Source: Antedon mediterranea
Lineage: Eukaryota > Animalia > Echinodermata
DNA length: 64,000 nt
Assembly (NCBI RefSeq): GCF_964355755.1
Contig: NC_092675.1
Location: 5,761,812 to 5,825,811 of the forward strand
Direction of reading: 5' to 3'
In this document: positions 63,701-64,000 of the stretch, piece by piece
Numbering within the stretch: position 1 is the stretch's first letter
How the letters are laid out: the number at the start of each line of letters is the position of its first letter
The notes under the pieces: generated by a model
The model's database searches: none
What the model was told of the DNA's origin: nothing
What the model saw: only the letters and a program-made list of their open reading frames with translations
Translations under genes and position numbers: made by a program

Positions 63701-64000
63701 AAGTGACATCTGTACCATAAGATAATATGTTTATGATATCATCAATTATTCCTTTAAATTCTGTTGTATCTTTCATAAATTCACAATTGACATTACCTGT
63801 ATCATCATTTCTGTCGTCTTTGACATTCTCAGTTGAACAGCATTCATCAAGTAGGTCCAAGATGTCATTAACAACTATTTTAAATTCTGCTGTCTTATCC
63901 ATAACTCCATTATTAACATTACCAGTTGTATTGACAAAAATATGCTTTTTACTTGTAACTTCTTTATTCACATTCTTACACAAATAAATTATCATTGTAA
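54777..64000 (-). CDS. Helentron Rep/helicase/endonuclease polyprotein copy 2 (>3072 aa; N-terminus lies just beyond the window)
   Basis: Same domain order and motifs as 17476..26817, open throughout. The called start MIIYLC corresponds to residue 19 of copy 1. Confidence 0.95.
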   Translation of the reverse strand, partial: TMIIYLCKNVNKEVTSKKHIFVNTTGNVNNGVMDKTAEFKIVVNDILDLLDECCSTENVKDDRNDDTGNVNCEFMKDTTEFKGIIDDIINILSYGTDVTSEFDDTCDFCNIEVKVDDNCITCDCCSQYFHVKCVRDVFEDKLCNSRVIWICSMCGNNNFVDNMFGEIGIPCHFNRYTILEPDESVTSDFPELTKNKEKRYNNAILKCQQTESEDLLGSDWIRVRSKKRTDNRKKRCKNRGNKKRRKRVINGISIEPGVKYIGKGVKDFYERQNNKKMEWNMNTTTYREYNKENGKTNILGNSQTIIDDSGRPMCDDLKNTKVTHGIQQQSGGGSKRLRNNKGRFVKTKRIDNKKAQGNVNLKNDCDTMKDIKNMGNNDNSETKTDEDFKMECTVENDNTATDDAKAQNNSKMNDRSRIIDSNGTDHKNQTCASCEFEENEVLIIDDGFKKAVTEKIRSHTKPKCDQHTIDVDIEVLTKSNFSEELIIDDVPKQKNTRKRQKTQSINELQVYNSNENITVAQGNFNQGNYRFGFASGKQCVANSLVAILYSTKRNGNEFYTKDLDTILTLGNELYRYIQKDSTMHEDLLMISELPKELDILDNTFVISPKESVFGIIDGNLEFMAEYGALSLNQALEQELHQHDAFFMNFNRSTFSIIKRVNGFLIFDPHARDRFGCVSEHGKSILLYSPSWQGVYDYCIRLARSMNCNLHETEFELTGVNIENKSMMLCSASVLDDNCEQRNLGNVDVDEPSTSYQYKCSTRLPDKNIDSNVKGKKHNKEGHVSSSNGWQSDSDIEIVNVQYAERPDENFKFIPTSEAQKKNMCNKLGIHCEHTDMNCGINRASQIGHPLQITNITGDGNCFYRAISYIISGTEDNHLFLRRAITNHLLETDDLFINTFSHEYRSVKEYVFKKRVMDNGTWASNTEISAMANLLNTDIYSFNDQLLTWQLFSAKKPGRIDDVTTDNGIYILYTMNVHFNVVESVNVSQNNVQETTGQVDMNVTSHNKLSNTEAIFLVKNSTTKKRKQTGKETCDTFEDKEPKHKKSKTDEKPCSESKVKILSGKRKQSYRIRKEIEKNRQKIKREREKKNNSEEIKETGNKYESDSVYREEKKRKVKEAQKIRYGDDDYKFQKRKENRERQHKKYRCEPEYNVKVRNKAKNNYNIDLDYRTTKKETMKNRYNNETMFRHKTRQNNKQRNKERYHNDPQFRKNLKQNLTQKYCSNSQFRENITQKLTEKYQSNFKFRQNCKEKFVEKYRTNLKFKQKWKDKLVEKYRSNLKFRTKCKDKLAEKYRSNLKFRQKCKDKLAEKYRSNLKFRQNCKHKLAEKYRGNSKFRQRCKQRFTEKYHGDEGFRKKIIKKNMKNREKIKTENTNFNIVLENFRETVSRGPEYVCCVCFKLLFKDQVMKCIKAKYKNKACINEKYLHLCNNECNKPCQFVESPRCRLWNCFTCHRKMLNGKVPAEANSNNLQLHDIPPELRCLNNLEQHLIGLNIPFMKLMNLPKGGQNGIHGPVVCVPSNTIETVKMLPRPQVDDQLISVKLKRKLSYKGYYKYKFVNTANVIQALRYLQDHNKCYFDIAINEEWHNYLSEENIENANTNVHENQTCVENIEEEEVEVEDQLCGATFDTSLQPVDMRQNLVDEYFNEIICCAPCENNSPIALLSNKSNEAKSFPVLFPTGQPTFHDTRDVKITLGRYFHNRLMHIDNRFAQNTEFIFYAQSLYELQQILSSISIALRKGSSKKDDFSKVTVSDLKNVTKIQEILKSDKGYKFLKQIRGTPPYWQATQKDIIAMVRQIGKPTFFLSFSSADFRWKEIMTTLLNQSGDQRNIEELEWADKCNLLKSNPVTVARMFDKRFHTFLKNVILSEAQPIGKVVDYFYRIEFQMRGSPHVHMLVWVENAPIFGTDKDNEVINFVDKYISCAVPCETVDRELNETVKSVQIHSKRHSKSCKKKGTNCRFNFPRQPSGNTFVMRPTIVDKDNDDNDDNKKATELLTSVKDAVTNEETYKNAIELFQSLGITQSAFEKANNCVATEEKIVIKRNPQDVWVNQYNPSLLRAWNANMDIQYITNVYACIIYVIGYMSKSEREMGLLLNHAASEVKEGNEDARQSLRKLGNVYMNNREVSAQESIYRVCSLRLKECSRKVEFIPVGPNPVRMSLPLSVIKNKEDDDVSAWLPNKIDKYKARPNSSEFNKMCLAKFCSEYRILSSSEMKGNKQKKNVFQLKKQLGFIQKRTRTSNAIVRYPRFPMDTAPEKYFLSILQLFLPFRKDEQLKPPNFETYEQFHEKGCVKLCGCQLQTVKSIVHGNREQYEKSADDVEEAQECLSKFGPQEDAWSLLCPESEKERLDNPKPNVEVDDEEDEFFIPDFGIQKNPTSKLESNSSNIPRPELNKMIRSLNEKQQHIFYKTRQWCLDKVNGNKPEAFYTFITGGAGTGKSHLVNCIYNEATRILGKIMENPDDLSILKLAPTGIAAYNIKGQTIHSALSIPINISLPYQPLGEEKISALRNKLGQLQIVIIDEISMVNQRLLWYIHGRLRQIKQVRNDSPFGYISVIAVGDFYQLPPVMGSSLYKDTLESSLWIDNFKQVQLDQIMRQKEDKQFALLLNKLRTKEKHDCLSDNDLLVLKSRETGEECEDAVHIYPRNKQVDEWNKKMLHKTCTDIVCIKAEDSVVNSKKQSKNCDKPRNSRQTSLLNYLWIAINARVMLIKNVDVKKGLTNGCMGHVDEIVKPDHNTEPVSIKVKFDNNDIGIQAIEMFKESMGKKYSRKQFPLKLAYACTVHKVQGMTMDKAVVCLKDTFTHGQAYVGLSRVTSITGLTIENFKPSLIYCDPNIKKCLNNMDSYVQCDKQGHDSASRFSIMLHNIQGLKQHFVDLQCNDLFMNSNIICLTETWLNKDDDFFDVRIEPYKLYHQARYDSYSNTNDLSSKIKHQAHGGVAVYAKNTSSSRLNICNNDIEAVSFLITSPISVAVSVIYRPPSYDINQFCQNLRKHLEELHKMSTKCIVMGDFNENLFKQSSRVNNLMAENEYKQHVTCSTTENNTLIDHVYSKGLDSVQAEVIPIYYSYHEAIQIKF
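59980..60360 (-). repeat. Coding 54-bp minisatellite in copy 2
   Basis: KLAEKYRSNLKFRQKCKD-type 18-aa repeats, more heterogeneous than in copy 1. Confidence 0.85.

Larger units (their letters stand above)
50401..64000 (+). mobile_element. Autonomous Helentron copy 2 (runs off the window end)
   Basis: HINE-like left end with a decayed internal tail (~51570-51590), then sequence homologous to 14930-17476 and the second large ORF. Confidence 0.8.

Overview
AT-rich eukaryotic (animal, probably invertebrate; inference) genomic DNA that is almost entirely mobile elements. 1-4780: an apparently intronless Ig-superfamily type-I membrane protein gene, split in frame by a 3.8-kb foldback Academ(X)-like DNA transposon (TAG...CTA ends, TGA target-site duplication, XPG-like nuclease remnants in both arms). 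5098-6454: an inverted non-autonomous Helentron (HINE) carrying a 5'-truncated Rex1/Babar-like LINE. 7032-64000: a ~57-kb same-orientation pile-up of Helentron/Helitron2 rolling-circle elements. It holds about 20 non-autonomous 1.2-1.6-kb units of three terminal types, joined head-to-tail or nested in each other's 5' T-tracts, and two large autonomous copies. Each autonomous copy has an uninterrupted ~3100-aa ORF (PHD, herpes-tegument-like peptidase C76, OTU, 18-aa basic repeats, HUH Rep, PIF1 helicase, APE endonuclease). Most notable: apparent self-targeted insertion building a heterogeneous cassette-like array, covarying terminal repeats, a transposase gene antisense to the terminal layout, and satellite units that each carry a candidate micro-exon in the transposase 5' leader. 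All family calls come from motif recognition by eye; no database search was run.
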